A stretch of DNA of 43,741 nt from a virus (taxonomy: Duplodnaviria > Caudoviricetes), in IMG/VR virus record IMGVR_UViG_3300044580_000104, positions 1 to 43,741 of that record; one strand, given 5' to 3'. The notes under the pieces were generated by a model. The model ran no database searches and was not told where the DNA came from. It worked only from the letters and a program-made list of their open reading frames with translations. Position numbers and translations under genes: made by a program. Position 1 is the stretch's first letter, and each line of letters opens with the position of its first letter. Positions 43,704-43,741 of the stretch are shown in pieces.

Positions 43704-43731
43704 GGGCAGCCGTCAACAAAGACGGCTGCCC
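43704..43731 (-). terminator. Strong hairpin with AT-rich tail
   Basis: GGGCAGCCGTC-N6-GACGGCTGCCC followed on minus strand by ATTTTATTT. Confidence 0.55.
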
Positions 43732-43741
43732 TGGGAATCAA

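Overview
The window is most of a temperate, siphovirus-like phage or prophage genome. DnaB and overall gene style suggest a Chloroflexota/Anaerolineae-type host; this is inference and was not verified. It opens inside a tRNA-Leu(GAG), a possible att site. Next is a lambda-like switch: a leftward Xre repressor and membrane protein face a rightward ECF-type sigma factor across two 16-bp operators. A + strand early/middle arm (1.2-22.3 kb) encodes an SNF2 helicase, Dam-type methyltransferase, SSB, replication initiator with iterons, DnaB, a second sigma-70, a Toprim protein, DUF4942, ParB and a GH25 muramidase. This arm is punctuated by six copies of a phage-specific promoter, GGTGTC-N11-GGCGTTTGTT. 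A - strand late arm (22.5-43.7 kb) runs from portal, minor head, scaffold and capsid through neck, tail tube, frameshifted chaperone, tape measure, baseplate and receptor-binding protein to M23 and GH25 lysins and a metallophosphoesterase. No integrase or terminase lies in the window. The most unusual feature is a ~1.25-kb promoter-driven, almost non-coding RNA array at 12327-13580. It holds four D-arm-less tRNA-like elements, one deviant tRNA-fMet and four hairpins with different stems but the same TG-CCCCCCT-CA loop. Also notable are a candidate trans antisense RNA against the early sigma leader and repeated beta-clamp and SSB-tail motifs in small proteins. All structures were derived by eye; no folding or database searches were run.
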